Assembly (NCBI GenBank): GCA_002269645.1
Contig: NIVC01001620.1
Span: 124,001-188,000, forward strand
From: Macrostomum lignano
Lineage: Eukaryota
DNA: 64,000 bases
Reading direction: 5' to 3'
Part shown: piece by piece, positions 1 to 11,183 of the stretch
Layout of the letters: each line of letters opens with the position of its first letter
How positions within the stretch are numbered: the stretch's first letter is position 1
Notes under the pieces: model-generated
What the model saw: only the letters and a program-made list of their open reading frames with translations
Told to the model about the DNA's origin: nothing
Database searches by the model: none
Translations under genes and position numbers: made by a program

Positions 1-2130
1 GAGTGCGACCTGCGCTCCGACCCTGTCAGTAAGTACCAGTACGCCTTCCAGCCTGGGAGGACGACTGAGCATGCTCTCCACGCCATTACCTCCAAAATTG
101 AGAGTGCCATCCTTAGCAAACAACTCGCTTGCGGGTTGTTCGTTGACTTCGAAGGAGCATTTGACAATGTCCTCTTCCGCTCCTTCAGAAATTCTCTTTC
201 CCGCAGGAATGTAAGACACAGCATTGTTCGCTGGATTTATTTTATGATCCGCAAAAGGTTTGTGACATCCACACTTATGGGCGTTACCCTCACCCGGGCG
301 GTGATGAAAGGCGGCCCGCAAGGTGGCGTGCTAACTCCACTTCTCTGGAATCTCGTCATGGACGAACTTCTAACCGCTGACATTCCCAGCAGTATCACCA
401 GGGCGGGCTACGCCGATGACGTTGCCGCGGTCGTCAGCGGACCCGACCCCGCCACTCTGCGCAACCTGATGCAGCAATTCGCCGACAAGGCGGCCGACTG
501 GGCTACACAGCATGGCCTAAAAATCAGCGTCACTAAGACTGTCGCTGTCGTTTTCACCAAGCGCCGTAAGTGGGAGATGAAAAACCTCACTGTCTATGGC
601 AGAAACATCCCCTTCAAGAAGGAGGTCAAATACCTCGGTGTGACGCTAACGCATGACCTGCGCTGGACGAAGCACCTTGATAACGTCATCGGTCGGGCAA
701 AACGCTGCTTTGCCCAGCTGCGCAGAGCCATCGGGCCGACTTGGGGCCTCTCGCCTAGAACGGTCCGTTGGATTTATACCGGCATCATCCGGCCCAGTAT
801 CACATACGCGAGTCTCATCTGGACTAGCGTGCTGGAGCAGAAGGCCGCCCGTCAGCGGCTGTACCAGCTTCAGGGCAGCATTTGCCGTGCCATCACAGGT
901 GCGTACCCGTCCACCCCTTACGAGGGGCTGAACACTATCCTTAACCTACCTCCGCTTCACCTATTTATTAGGGCGGAGGCTATGAAGTCTGCCTCCCGGC
1001 TTATCAGAGATAAAACGTTAAATAACGCGCCCTCTGGCTTTATGCCAATGAAAACATTAATCCCGCATATGGACTTTGTCCGCCGCGACCTTAACAACAT
1101 CCACATGGACCTGGGCAATGTGGATAGTCGACCTCCCGCCCTCAACATCAGGAGGGGCTTCAAGACCGCCATCCCTGGCCGAGACAACATTCCGCTGGAT
1201 GTCGGTGTGAACCGGCGCAGCCAGGGCATTCACTGCTTCACCGACGGCTCGCTGTTCAACGGCCGCGCTGGAGCGGGTATTGCCATTTTCCACGAGGGTA
1301 AGATGCTTCTCCAGGAAAGTCTGCACCTCGGTGAGAACACCTCAGTTTTCCAAGCTGAAATTTGCGCCATTGAGCAGTCTGCCCAGCAACTGTTTCAGGC
1401 GAACATTAATAATTTTGACATTAATTTCTACACTGATAGCCAAGCTGCTATTAAGGCCTTAACCACTGAGAATATCTCCGCTGCTACAGTATCTCAATGC
1501 CACCGCAGTGTGCAATCTCTCTCAGTCCTTAACAGGATTAGAATTATCTGGACACCTGGTCACAGCAACATCCTGGGCAACGAGCTCGCGGACTCTCTCG
1601 CCAAGGAGGGCAGCAACCCAGACGGCAACCACCGTCTGATGAGGCTACCCACCCCCAGGTCGCAAGTCACCCGCCATATCAACAGGTGGCTCCATCAGCA
1701 GCACCAGCTCCACTGGAACAGCTGCACCGAGTACAGGCAGAGCCGCTCTGCCATGCCTAACCTGAACAGGAAAGTCTCTGATTATCTGATTTCGCTTAAC
1801 AGAACCGACCTCAGGGAGATGTGCATGGTCCTAACCGGCCACGGATTCTTCCAGAGACATATATCGTTGCAAACCGGTTGCCCTCCCACCTGTCCCTTCT
1901 GTGGCATAGGAGAGGAGACCGCGGAGCATCACGTCACCTTCTGCCCTTACTTCAACAAGGCGCGGCACAAATACCTCGGCCACCCCCAGCGGATGGACGA
2001 GCTGACCACCGCGGACACTATCCGAGACCTCCGCGCCTTCGTCCGGGACTCCGGCCGGATGAGGGTCGCCGATGCCTCCACTGCGGACCTGCCGACTACT
2101 GGCGGGGACTGGGCGCACCCCCAAGGCTAA
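1..2130 (+). CDS. LINE ORF2 (5' partial): reverse transcriptase, RNase H, C-terminal Cys/His motif
   Basis: [42 protein letters not shown] (RT); [32 protein letters not shown] (RNase H); CPFC..HHVTFCP. Confidence 0.95.
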   Translation, partial: ECDLRSDPVSKYQYAFQPGRTTEHALHAITSKIESAILSKQLACGLFVDFEGAFDNVLFRSFRNSLSRRNVRHSIVRWIYFMIRKRFVTSTLMGVTLTRAVMKGGPQGGVLTPLLWNLVMDELLTADIPSSITRAGYADDVAAVVSGPDPATLRNLMQQFADKAADWATQHGLKISVTKTVAVVFTKRRKWEMKNLTVYGRNIPFKKEVKYLGVTLTHDLRWTKHLDNVIGRAKRCFAQLRRAIGPTWGLSPRTVRWIYTGIIRPSITYASLIWTSVLEQKAARQRLYQLQGSICRAITGAYPSTPYEGLNTILNLPPLHLFIRAEAMKSASRLIRDKTLNNAPSGFMPMKTLIPHMDFVRRDLNNIHMDLGNVDSRPPALNIRRGFKTAIPGRDNIPLDVGVNRRSQGIHCFTDGSLFNGRAGAGIAIFHEGKMLLQESLHLGENTSVFQAEICAIEQSAQQLFQANINNFDINFYTDSQAAIKALTTENISAATVSQCHRSVQSLSVLNRIRIIWTPGHSNILGNELADSLAKEGSNPDGNHRLMRLPTPRSQVTRHINRWLHQQHQLHWNSCTEYRQSRSAMPNLNRKVSDYLISLNRTDLREMCMVLTGHGFFQRHISLQTGCPPTCPFCGIGEETAEHHVTFCPYFNKARHKYLGHPQRMDELTTADTIRDLRAFVRDSGRMRVADASTADLPTTGGDWAHPQG

Positions 2131-2220
2131 TCCTTGTGCTCTTTTACCTTGGGGTTGCGATAGGGGCCTCGCGGCCTATTCGCGGCGCCTGCGCCCCCCG
2201 TCAGTAGTAAGTAAGTAAGT
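1..2220 (+). mobile_element. 3' part of a non-LTR retrotransposon (LINE, I-group/R1-LOA-like) with RT + RNase H and a (TAAG)n tail
   Basis: Frame open from base 1 to TAA at 2130; short 3' UTR ending CAGTAGTAAGTAAGTAAGT (~2202-2220). Confidence 0.93.
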
Positions 2221-2224
2221 AGGG

Positions 2225-2888
2225 CCATAGTCAGGAAGGTGGCAGAGTGTGCGCCGGAACAAATTTTGGCCTCTCCCAAAATTGTGCGCCGTGCGCCGAC
2301 ACAAAAACCCTCGTGTGCGCCGTTGTGCGCCCGCCACTACCTGCCTTGCGACAATAAAAGACCTTTTTTTACAACATAGCAACAATTTTTGTGCGCCAAT
2401 ATACGGGACGGTTACGGGCTATCTATATTATATTATGAGAAATTGAGATCGTTAAACCGAAAATAGAAATTTAAAAAATTTTCAACTAAATTCCTAATTT
2501 TTAAAACAAAACAAACATAAAAAGTAAGCAAATGGCAAAAACAAAGGTAAAAAGGAAAAGGAAAATATTTTATTTTATTTTTTATTTTTTGGTAGAATGC
2601 AGTGTTACATTAGATAGAACAGTGAATAGTGTACTGTAACAAGTAACGACTTACATCGTTACATGGGATCGCCACAATGGTAACGCTGCATGTGGCGCGG
2701 CGCCCGCCGCGCCGCGCCGCCATGCGCCGGTGTCCTCTGGTGTGCGCCGTTGTGCGCCGCTGTGCGCCAGTGCGCCGCTGTGCGCTGTTGTGGCGCGCCG
2801 CTGTGCGCCGTTGTGCGCCGTTGTGTGCCCAAAAAGGGCTTGTGTGCGCCGGAATTTTCCGACCAAATTGCCACCTTCCTGACTATGG
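2225..2888. mobile_element. MITE / non-autonomous TIR DNA transposon
   Basis: Perfect 20-bp TIRs CCATAGTCAGGAAGGTGGCA (2225-2244) / TGCCACCTTCCTGACTATGG (2869-2888); many subterminal GTGCGCC motifs; 8-bp flanks AAGTAGGG / AGCTAGGG. Confidence 0.82.
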
Positions 2889-3459
2889 AGCTAGGGTAGT
2901 AAGGTAAGGAGACCCAATATTTCTATTTCTAATATTTCTATTTAAGGATTCTTATTTTAAAATTCAATTGAGGCATTGAGCCTATTGAACGTTTGCAATA
3001 GACAATAGTTATAAGTTAGGCCTAATGCTAATATTATAATATTTAAAATAATATATTTCAATAAAAAAGGATAAATGTAAAAAATATAGCTAGGTTTATT
3101 TAGAATTTATAAAAGTAAATAAAATTAGAAGATTATAAATTTAAAATATTTGTATGTAACTAGATGATGAATAAAAATGTAATAAATTAGGTAAATTTTA
3201 AATTTAAAAATATTTTTAAGCTAATAATGCAAATTAGAGAAATGATAAATTAGCAAAAAGGATTAGGCCTAGGCAAGTTTCTACTTTATAAAAATAGATC
3301 TTAAAATAAAATATAAATAAATAAAGAAAAAGGATATATTAGTACAATTGTTATAAAAAGTCATATGTTAATAAGCCACTTGACTAGGGATACTTTAATT
3401 TCAATATATTCAAGAAAAAGAGCTTAAGTTCAAGAAGATTAGATACCAGAACTTTATAT

Positions 3460-3890
3460 CCATAGTCAAAATCATGGCACACCTGTGCTGGAATAAATCC
3501 TATCAAAAAAGTTTGCTTATACCATGTATCACAACTTGAAACAAAATTTAAAAATTTATTTTTTTATTTGAAAGATACCAGTAAAATGTTTATTTGAATC
3601 TGTTTCATAGAAAATGCAATGTTAATGTAAATTAATTAAAAAATCTATCAATAAACTGCAAATAAAAATGCTGATAAAAAGAAGTTACATGCTAATTTTC
3701 TGTCAGAGAAAATATTGTCTTATTGGAAATTTTTGTCATGCACCAAATTGTGCCATTTTTGTCTTGTGCCATATTGCGCTAGATTTTTCTCCCTTGCTAG
3801 CTGTTTTGCTGGACTGCGCCAGCACAGCGCACATCTAACCCTTTTTTGTGCAGGAATTTTCTATGAAAAAGGCCACCTTCCTGACTATGG
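3460..3890. mobile_element. Older, degenerate copy of the same CCATAG-TIR MITE family
   Basis: Right end GCCACCTTCCTGACTATGG (3872-3890) matches the first copy; degenerate left end CCATAGTCAAAATCATGGCA at 3460. Confidence 0.65.
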
Positions 3891-4938
3891 CTTTGCAAAT
3901 AAGCCTAGTTGCTAATTTGCTATAGCCTTATAAATAAAACAATTTGTGAAAAGTACATATAAGACCTAAATAATTCATTATTGGTTTCACTTTTATACTA
4001 ATTGTAATTAATTATAAAGTTGAAAAGGGGTTTTAACTTAGTAGTTAAAGCATATTAGTATTTAGACATACAATTAAAAGTTGCAAAGTTTTATTCTCAA
4101 CCTATGCTAAGCAATTTGTGTCCTTTAGCAAGATGCTTAACTTTGCATTTCATTAGTCTACCTAGCTATAAAATGGATATTAGCATTAATTGGGAATAAT
4201 TGAAGGTATATTTAAAAAGGCCTTAGTCCTAAGACTGAGTAGTCATAGATAGCCTTTATAAGAAAAGAAGAGAAAAAAAGAAAATAATACAATAGGGGCT
4301 TGCTATAGATAAGCTTGTGGTTACTTATCTGCCTATTAGGTCAACTGGTCAAGTATTAATTATTATTATTATTATTATTGACCAATTGCAATTCAATATA
4401 ATACAAAATATACATGTATTTTAATAGCTATGAGAATAGTTTATTGCATAATATTTTATTCAATGAAGTTTGCTTGCTGAAATTAGGCATATTTTATTTA
4501 TCAAATATAGATTTTAGTTATGAAATATTTGTTATCAGTTATATTAACACTATAACTTTCATTAGATGATTTTTAGCTAATTAATATATTTTCATATAGA
4601 TACAATTTAAATTAAATGCAAATTAGTCAAATTACAATCTCAGGTTCTTGATGAACAATGAAATGTTAATAAGGGTAATAAGCTTTTATTTTAGTGCACC
4701 ATTTTGGATATACAAGCTACTTTAAAGGATTAGACAGAATTAATGAATTAAAGAAGACATCTGTTTTATCTATCTTAATATTAAAAGTTTTCAGTATCAG
4801 ATTGTATGATAACCTATTAATTTTAAGTGACAACCTCTCGCCTCGATATGGTAAAACAATCTTTCAATAATAGATCAAATACTTTACATTTAATATACAA
4901 ACATTGCTTTTACAGCCCCAAAATTGAAACTGCTACAA

Positions 4939-7236
4939 ATGGGTAAGAAATCTAAGCACGAGAAGAAGTCCAAAAAGTCCAAGAAAAGCAAGTCAAAGAA
5001 GCGGCGCTCTTCTTCATCATCTTCTTCATTGTCGTCTGGAGCATCTCAGGGCCAGGAGGCTGCTGCCAGCTACCAATGGGAAGAAAAAGATTCGAAATCG
5101 GCTTCAAAGCCGCGCAGCGACTGGTTCGCCAGCATCTCCGAGCAGGCGATGGAGGCCAATATATTTCTAGGCTCGGCCACGTCTAGTAAGATTCGTGCGG
5201 CGGAGAAGGAGCAGGCTGCTCGGGAGTTGGCTGAGCACGGCGCTGGGCTGATTATAAATCGGGAGACTTTGGCAGCTGGTGAGGCTTCCGGCAGCCAGCC
5301 GCAGGCTCCGCAGCCGCCTCAAGCGCAGGACTGGTATCGACGAGCTTATCGGCGCTGTCAGGAGCAGGCTCGCGAGCAGGGCCGTCCGCTTGAAGAGGTG
5401 GCCGCTGAGAGATGGGGCAGTCTGGACAGGCTGCGCAGTCTCATGGGCAGCGGTGGCGGTCATTCCGGACAGCGCTCAAGGGATGGGGATAGGCAAGCAG
5501 AGCAGCGCTGGAAACATCGTCACCAGAACGAGGACCATGAAGGTTCGAGTCGGGGAAGCCGCGACGGCGGAGATCGTCGGGGCGACTCGCGGCGTCGTGA
5601 TGCCACCAGAGATGACTCCAGATTAGAATTGGAAGATCGAAAGTCTGAGAGAGAAGCGCGCGTTTCGGACAGATCTGATGACCAGCAATGGTCAGGTGCT
5701 AATTGGCGCAGATCAGAAGCAGATGATCAGCAACGGTCAGGTGCTAATTGGCGCAGATCAGAAGCAGATGACCAGCAACGGTCAGGTGCTAATTGGCGCA
5801 GATCAGAAGCAGATGATCAGCAACGGTCAGGTGCTAATTGGCGCCGGTCAGAAGCAGATGACCAGCAACGGTCAGGTGCTAATTGGCGCAGATCAGAAGC
5901 AGATGATCAGCAACGGTCAGGTGCTAATTGGCGCAGATCAGAAGCAGATGATCAGCAACGGTCAGGTGCTAATTGGCGCAGATCAGAAGCAGATGATCAG
6001 CAACGGTCAGGTGCTAATTGGCGCAGATCAGAAGCAGATGATCAGCAACGGTCAGGTGCTAATTGGCGCCGGTCAGAAGCAGATGACCAGCAACGGTCAG
6101 GTGCTAATTGGCGCCGGTCAGAAGCAGATGACCAGCAACGGTCAAGTGCTAATTGGCGCCGGTCAGAAGCAGATGACCAGCAACGGTCAGGTGCTAATTG
6201 GCGCCGATCAGAAGCAGATGACCAGCAACGGTCAGGCCCAGATTCTCGCCAAACAAAGTCCGATGAGCAGAATCGGTCAGGTGCGCATCGATCGGTACCA
6301 GTGGAATCTGCCAGAGCGGCTCCCCCCGAGGTAGAGACAGCAAAGCCGGAGATGGTCACAGTGGAAGAGGAGCGTCACGTTCGTCAAGACGACATCAACC
6401 AGCTCTCTGCTCAGATTCTCCGCGCTCAAATAGAAGGCGACAAGGTAAAAGCGTCGAAGCTCGAGAAACGCCTGGCTGTAATGCGAGAAGCTCAACGCCG
6501 CAAGCTGAAGGTGCGAATTAAACAGCGTGTAGCCAAGCCGGCTTCGGAGGCAGCAGCGGCGACAGCTGAGTCGGCGGCGTCTTCAAAAGCAGCGCCAAAA
6601 CGTCCCGGCTTGAACGCGTTAGGCGCTTCGTCTACCATTGAAGAGATGCGCGCCCACGAGCGCCTAATCGACTCGCGCGCTATGCAGTTGGACTTTGCTG
6701 GCGCCTATCGGCCCGCCGCCACCTCCGCTTCGGCCGCCGATGCCGACGATCCCACTGGCGAGTATGCCGAAGGCGGCAAAGCGAAGCGACCGCGCCAACT
6801 GGAGAGGGCGTCGGATCGGGACCGGGCTCTGGCTGGCCAGAAGATGCGCGCTACCGGACGGCGATGCGACCTCTGTGTGGAAGGCGACGTCAGCAAAGAC
6901 GCTGAATCGGCGAAGCTGACCCGCGGCCTAATGGTTGAATGCGGCAGCCGCATCTACCTCCGCCTGCCAGATGTTCGCTCGCTAGTTGACAAGCACTGCC
7001 TGTTGAGCACGGTTAATCACGTGACCTGCTGCGCCGAACTGGACGACGACGCGTTCGCCGAACTCGAGCGAATCAAGCGGCATCTAGTTGAACGGCTCGG
7101 CCGCCTGGAGCTGGACTGCGTGTTCGTAGAGACGGCCAAGGGATTGAGCCGGCATCCGCACCTGCTGGTTGAGGCTTTCCCGCTGCCAAAGGAGGTTGGC
7201 GAGTCGGCTCACATCTACTTTAACAAGGCGCTGATG
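4939..7236 (+). CDS. CWF19L2: CWF19-like protein 2, coding exon 1 (CwfJ C-terminal domain 1)
   Basis: MGKKSKHEKK.. Lys/Ser-rich start; CDLC..IYLRLP..HCLL..DCVFVET..HLLVEAFPLP..IYFNKALM matches the CWF19L2 C-terminus; exon ends at ATG|GCAAGT. Confidence 0.9.
5674..6236 (+). repeat. Coding tandem repeat, 45 nt x ~13 (SEADDQQRSGANWRR)
   Basis: Direct inspection; in frame within CWF19L2. Confidence 0.95.
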
Positions 7237-7305
7237 GCAAGTGCACTGTTTATTTTGTTTGTTCTGTTGTTTAAAAACAGAGTTCAAAGGATGGGCTGTC
7301 ACCAA

Positions 7306-7782
7306 CAAGCTGTTGAAACCCGCGGATTTTGAACCCGGGTAATTCCAATCCCCAGAACTATTTTTGCAAAAATTCTTAAATTTGAAGACATACTCAAACA
7401 AAACTTTTTAATAGTTAGTAGGAATAGAGGTAAACATAAAATGGAGTACAATCGTGTAAAATTAGGATTTGGGGCAAACAGTTGATATCGTTGGCTGGGG
7501 TGCTGCGCAGAATGTCGGGCAATGTCTGTCTGACTCTAAAACATGTATTGGCAAACTCTGGCCTCTGCCTCCGACTCTCCCTACGTCCCTTGGATCCTTT
7601 GAAACTTCTATCTTCCCTTCTGTATCCTCTTTTCTCTCTTGTCCCTCGTCTCTCCTATCTTTTCTCCTTTTCCTCTCTCCTCTCTCCCCTCTTCTCTCGT
7701 ACCTGCCCTCATCTCTTCTCTTTCTCTCTTTCTCTTCTCTTATCTCATCTCTTATCTCATCTCTTCTCTCTCCTCTCCTCTC
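7306..7782 (-). mobile_element. Non-autonomous Helitron-like element (3' part), interrupted by the CACTA element; probable remainder at 17400-17418
   Basis: Homologous to 35463-35760; minus-strand 3' end CCCGGGTTCAAAATCCGCGGGTTTCAACAGCTTG|T (hairpin + CTTG); CT-rich tract continues on the far side of the CACTA. Confidence 0.55.
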
Positions 7783-8369
7783 CCCGACCGGAAATAATTG
7801 TTCTTTAAATGCGTCGAATGGCACAAAAAATGAATTGGGGGGAATCCCAAAATAACTGTCGAAATGACACGAAATTGGTCGCAATCGACAATTGGTGGCA
7901 CAGCTTGGCACAAATATAACTGTGCCAAGCTGTGCCAATTGGCACATGTGACACAATTAAGAATCAAATTTTTAATTGTGCACTGCTGTGCCACAACTGT
8001 GCCAGTTGTCTCAGCTATTTTTGAGTGCTTATAATTGTGCACAACTGTGCCATAAATGTACCATTTGGCACAATACGAGTAAATGTGCAGTTTGAAGCAG
8101 TTAAACTAGCGCGAAATGTGCCATTTGGCGTAAATTCGCCACACGAGTAAATTTGCAGTTTAAAGCAGTTAAACTAAGCGCATAATGTGCTATCTGATGC
8201 TGTTATAGTTGACCCGATTACCAACTACGAGTTATGAAGTGTATGTATGAATTTGCGAGAAGTAAATGTTTAAATGAGGGAAGGAAGACAGCATGAAAAG
8301 AGTAGTCAATGTAAATTAAACTTTCAAATAATTAAAACAGTTGGAAAAATGGATGTTGCATGAATACGA

Positions 8370-9365
8370 ATATATTTATGGAAAGTAGAAAACGTGACAA
8401 AATGAAAGGCGTGCAAAACAGAAAAAAAGGCTGCGAAACTAAAAAATTTGCGCATAAATGGAAGCCAACAGAAAAACAGAGGCGACAAAAATGGAAAAAA
8501 ACTACAACAAAGAACAAATACACAATTCCAGACAAACCGAAAGAGCAATAAGGCAGGGGTCCCAAGCTTGTCTGCCGCAGCCCTCTTTGCAATTTTGCAT
8601 TTTTTGTAGGGACCCATAATAAGGGCGAAATAAGCCTGATTCTGGAGACTGGAACTATAACTATAGTTTAATTTAGTTGGTAAATCTAGGCGGGAAGAAG
8701 CAATTTCCAGAGAAAAAAACGAAAAACGTGGGGGAAAAACATGCCAGATGGCTCCCGCATTTGCCATAAACAAGTTTAGTAGCTTGGGCAGAAGTCACAG
8801 CAGACTTCCCGCGCTCAGGTCTCGCGAGATGCGGCGCATCAGTAGCATCCGGATGCACAGTGTCAATGACACTGGCAGCCGCTTCTTTGACGTCGTTTAT
8901 TTAAAGATAGGTACGTAATAAACGGGACAAAAAACGTGTAACCAGAAAAAGAGAAGACTGCGAAATGTAACAACCATACGCACGTAAATGGAAGCCAGCT
9001 CAGAAAAAAAGGCGCGACAAAAATTGAAATAACAACGAAGAACAAAGAACATAACAAACAAACAAACCGAAATTATAACAAGGGAATTTATACTCCTACC
9101 ACTTTTAACCTATAGTTAAAGGCCAAGTCTGATTCCTGGTGTTTATTCTAATTTACGAGACTGGAACTAACTATAGTAATAGTAAAACAAAAACATAAAC
9201 GTGGGGGAAAACATGCCAAGCTGGATGGCTCCCGCATTTGTCATAAACAAGTTTAGTGGATGGACAGACAGCAGACTTCCCGCTCAGGCCTCGCGAGATG
9301 CATCGGTAGCCTCCGACTGCATAGTGTCAGTGACACCAGCAGCTGCTCCTTGACGTCGTTTTTTT
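8370..9365. repeat. Diverged tandem duplication (~500-530 bp unit) of the 3' end/3' UTR of the BEN-like gene
   Basis: Shared blocks AAACGTGGGGGAAAACATGCCA, GATGGCTCCCGCATTTG, CATAAACAAGTTTAGT, CAGCAGACTTCCCGC, TAAATGGAAGCCA in both halves. Boundaries approximate. Confidence 0.8.
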
Positions 9366-9706
9366 ACAGGCAAACGTCCAGAGCGCTTTTCCCGTCGACT
9401 GACGGTGATGGAGCACCGGACGTATGCCTGTTCGACCGCTTTCATATCGGTGCGTATGTCAAGGCCGGCCAAGTAATCGATGATTGTCTGTAGACGCCGC
9501 GCGTCTACTGGCAGGCGTGGCCGTCCAGGTTCGGAAGCGCGACCGCGCAACGACGTTACCAGAAGCTCGTCGTCACTAAAACAACCCCGCACCATCTCGC
9601 GGAGCAGCGCATTGAGATTAGTCGGAGTCGTTGACTCCTTGAACATCCGTACCCGGGCCATGGCCCTGGTCCGGGCGACATTTGATGTAAATGCGAAACC
9701 GGTAGG
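9284..9706 (-). CDS. CACTA second gene, last exon: BEN/DUF4806-like domain
   Basis: Acceptor CTGCAG|CCT at 9706, in frame with the upstream exon; LLREMVRGCFSDDELLVTSLRG..LPVDARRLQTIIDYL fits the BEN-type pattern. Confidence 0.62.
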   Translation of the reverse strand, partial: PTGFAFTSNVARTRAMARVRMFKESTTPTNLNALLREMVRGCFSDDELLVTSLRGRASEPGRPRLPVDARRLQTIIDYLAGLDIRTDMKAVEQAYVRCSITVSRREKRSGRLPVKKRRQGAAAGVTDTMQSEATDASREA

Positions 9707-9788
9707 CTGCAGATGTTTGTTATTTAAGGACTGGAGTAAGTAGGGTATGTTTGCAATTATAAATTATGAAGGACTATTAGTAGCTTAC

Positions 9789-10541
9789 CGTAGCAGTAGG
9801 TTCTTCATCGTTGTCGTCGGCCAGCATATTGTCAATTGTAACGGCCGGGTCCACAAGTTGTTCCAGATACCGCGCGAACTGTTGCTTAATTTCCTCGAGA
9901 AAACGCGGTTGGGCCATTCTCGAACGCCTGAACAAATCGTGCCGCATGTTGTCAATGACAACCTGCCGATCATCCGATGTCAGCGTTACTGACGACGCAG
10001 CCTCGGTGCAAGTTGCACCGGGTGCAGTAGACGCGGCGCACGGTCCCGAAGCCTGTGTTCCAGTCGCCTGCGTTACGGCGTTGATAAGCTCCTCGTTCTG
10101 CTGCGTCAATTGACGCAGCTGATCCCGGGAGCTTTCAAGCCGCAACGCAAGGTCCTCTCGCTCTTGCTCACACTTTCGGAGTTCCTGTTCGCACTTCTGA
10201 AATTCCTCCTGAAGTGTCTTATAGGCGCCATCTCGCTTAGCCATGGCGAGAACATATGATGCACACTGTGGACACGGTTTAGGTGTCGGCACCGTCGGTA
10301 AATGAGCGCATGTGCGCTCGTTTCGCTTGGCCTCAGTGTACGTCTGGTATGGCCCCTTTCGAATGTGGGCCTCGTACCGCGTACCGCGCTGCTTGTCATC
10401 CGCCGTGACCACAACGACGCGAGCACCGAGGCTTGACTCCGACGCCAATGGCGCCGGAGTCGGATCGACGATGCATTCCTGGTCGACCGCCTGATGGTTG
10501 CCTTTGTTTACGTACTTGACAACCCAGAATGTTTTTTTGGC
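9789..10541 (-). CDS. CACTA second gene, upstream exon (coiled coil, CPQC motif); 5' start unresolved
   Basis: Open frame from ~10541 (FWVVKY..) to donor ACG|GTAAGC at 9789; heptad-rich EEFQKCEQELRKCEQEREDL. Confidence 0.6.
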
Positions 10542-11183
10542 CTTGTGGTTTTAACAGGTGCCATTTCTGAATGTAGTAACTAGTTTCAGCTGAAAATGGA
10601 GATCAATGTTCAGTCAGTAGTTGCAAAGGATATTCGGTAGAAAGGATATACGCTAGTATTACAACCCAGTTATTACTAATGGGATTTGATATCCGCTATA
10701 TATTGCTGTTAATATTTGCTCATAAATTTGACACATTTGGTCTCCAGATACGAGTCAGACATCAAAATGAGATGTAATTCCAGGTGAAGTAATGAAGACG
10801 GAAATTCGACATCACATTCATAATAGAAAAACAACCATGTCCATTTAATTGATAGTAGCATTTTAAATATGCATTAAACATTACAATTTATGAAAATTTA
10901 ACATACACACCAATTACGAAAGCTGTACTCCCGTGCACAAATACAACTAACTATTATACACAACACGATACCTTACGTGCACGTATTCGCTGAGCATTGG
11001 ATAGAGAGATAGCAGTGTTTTTCCCAAAAAGTGACAACCCCTACCTAACATTTATAATTATATGTCGCGTTAAATTTGCTAATGTTTTGCTAATATCGAA
11101 CCACAATTTAATTATATTATTAATTATTATTAATCCCTGTAGGGAGTACACGATGCGCGAATAGTTAGCAAGTTACGGAATAT

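Noticed and set aside
5678-6334. Alternative-frame ORF MTSNGQVLIGADQKQ..
   Set aside because: Shadow of the 45-nt repeat inside CWF19L2.
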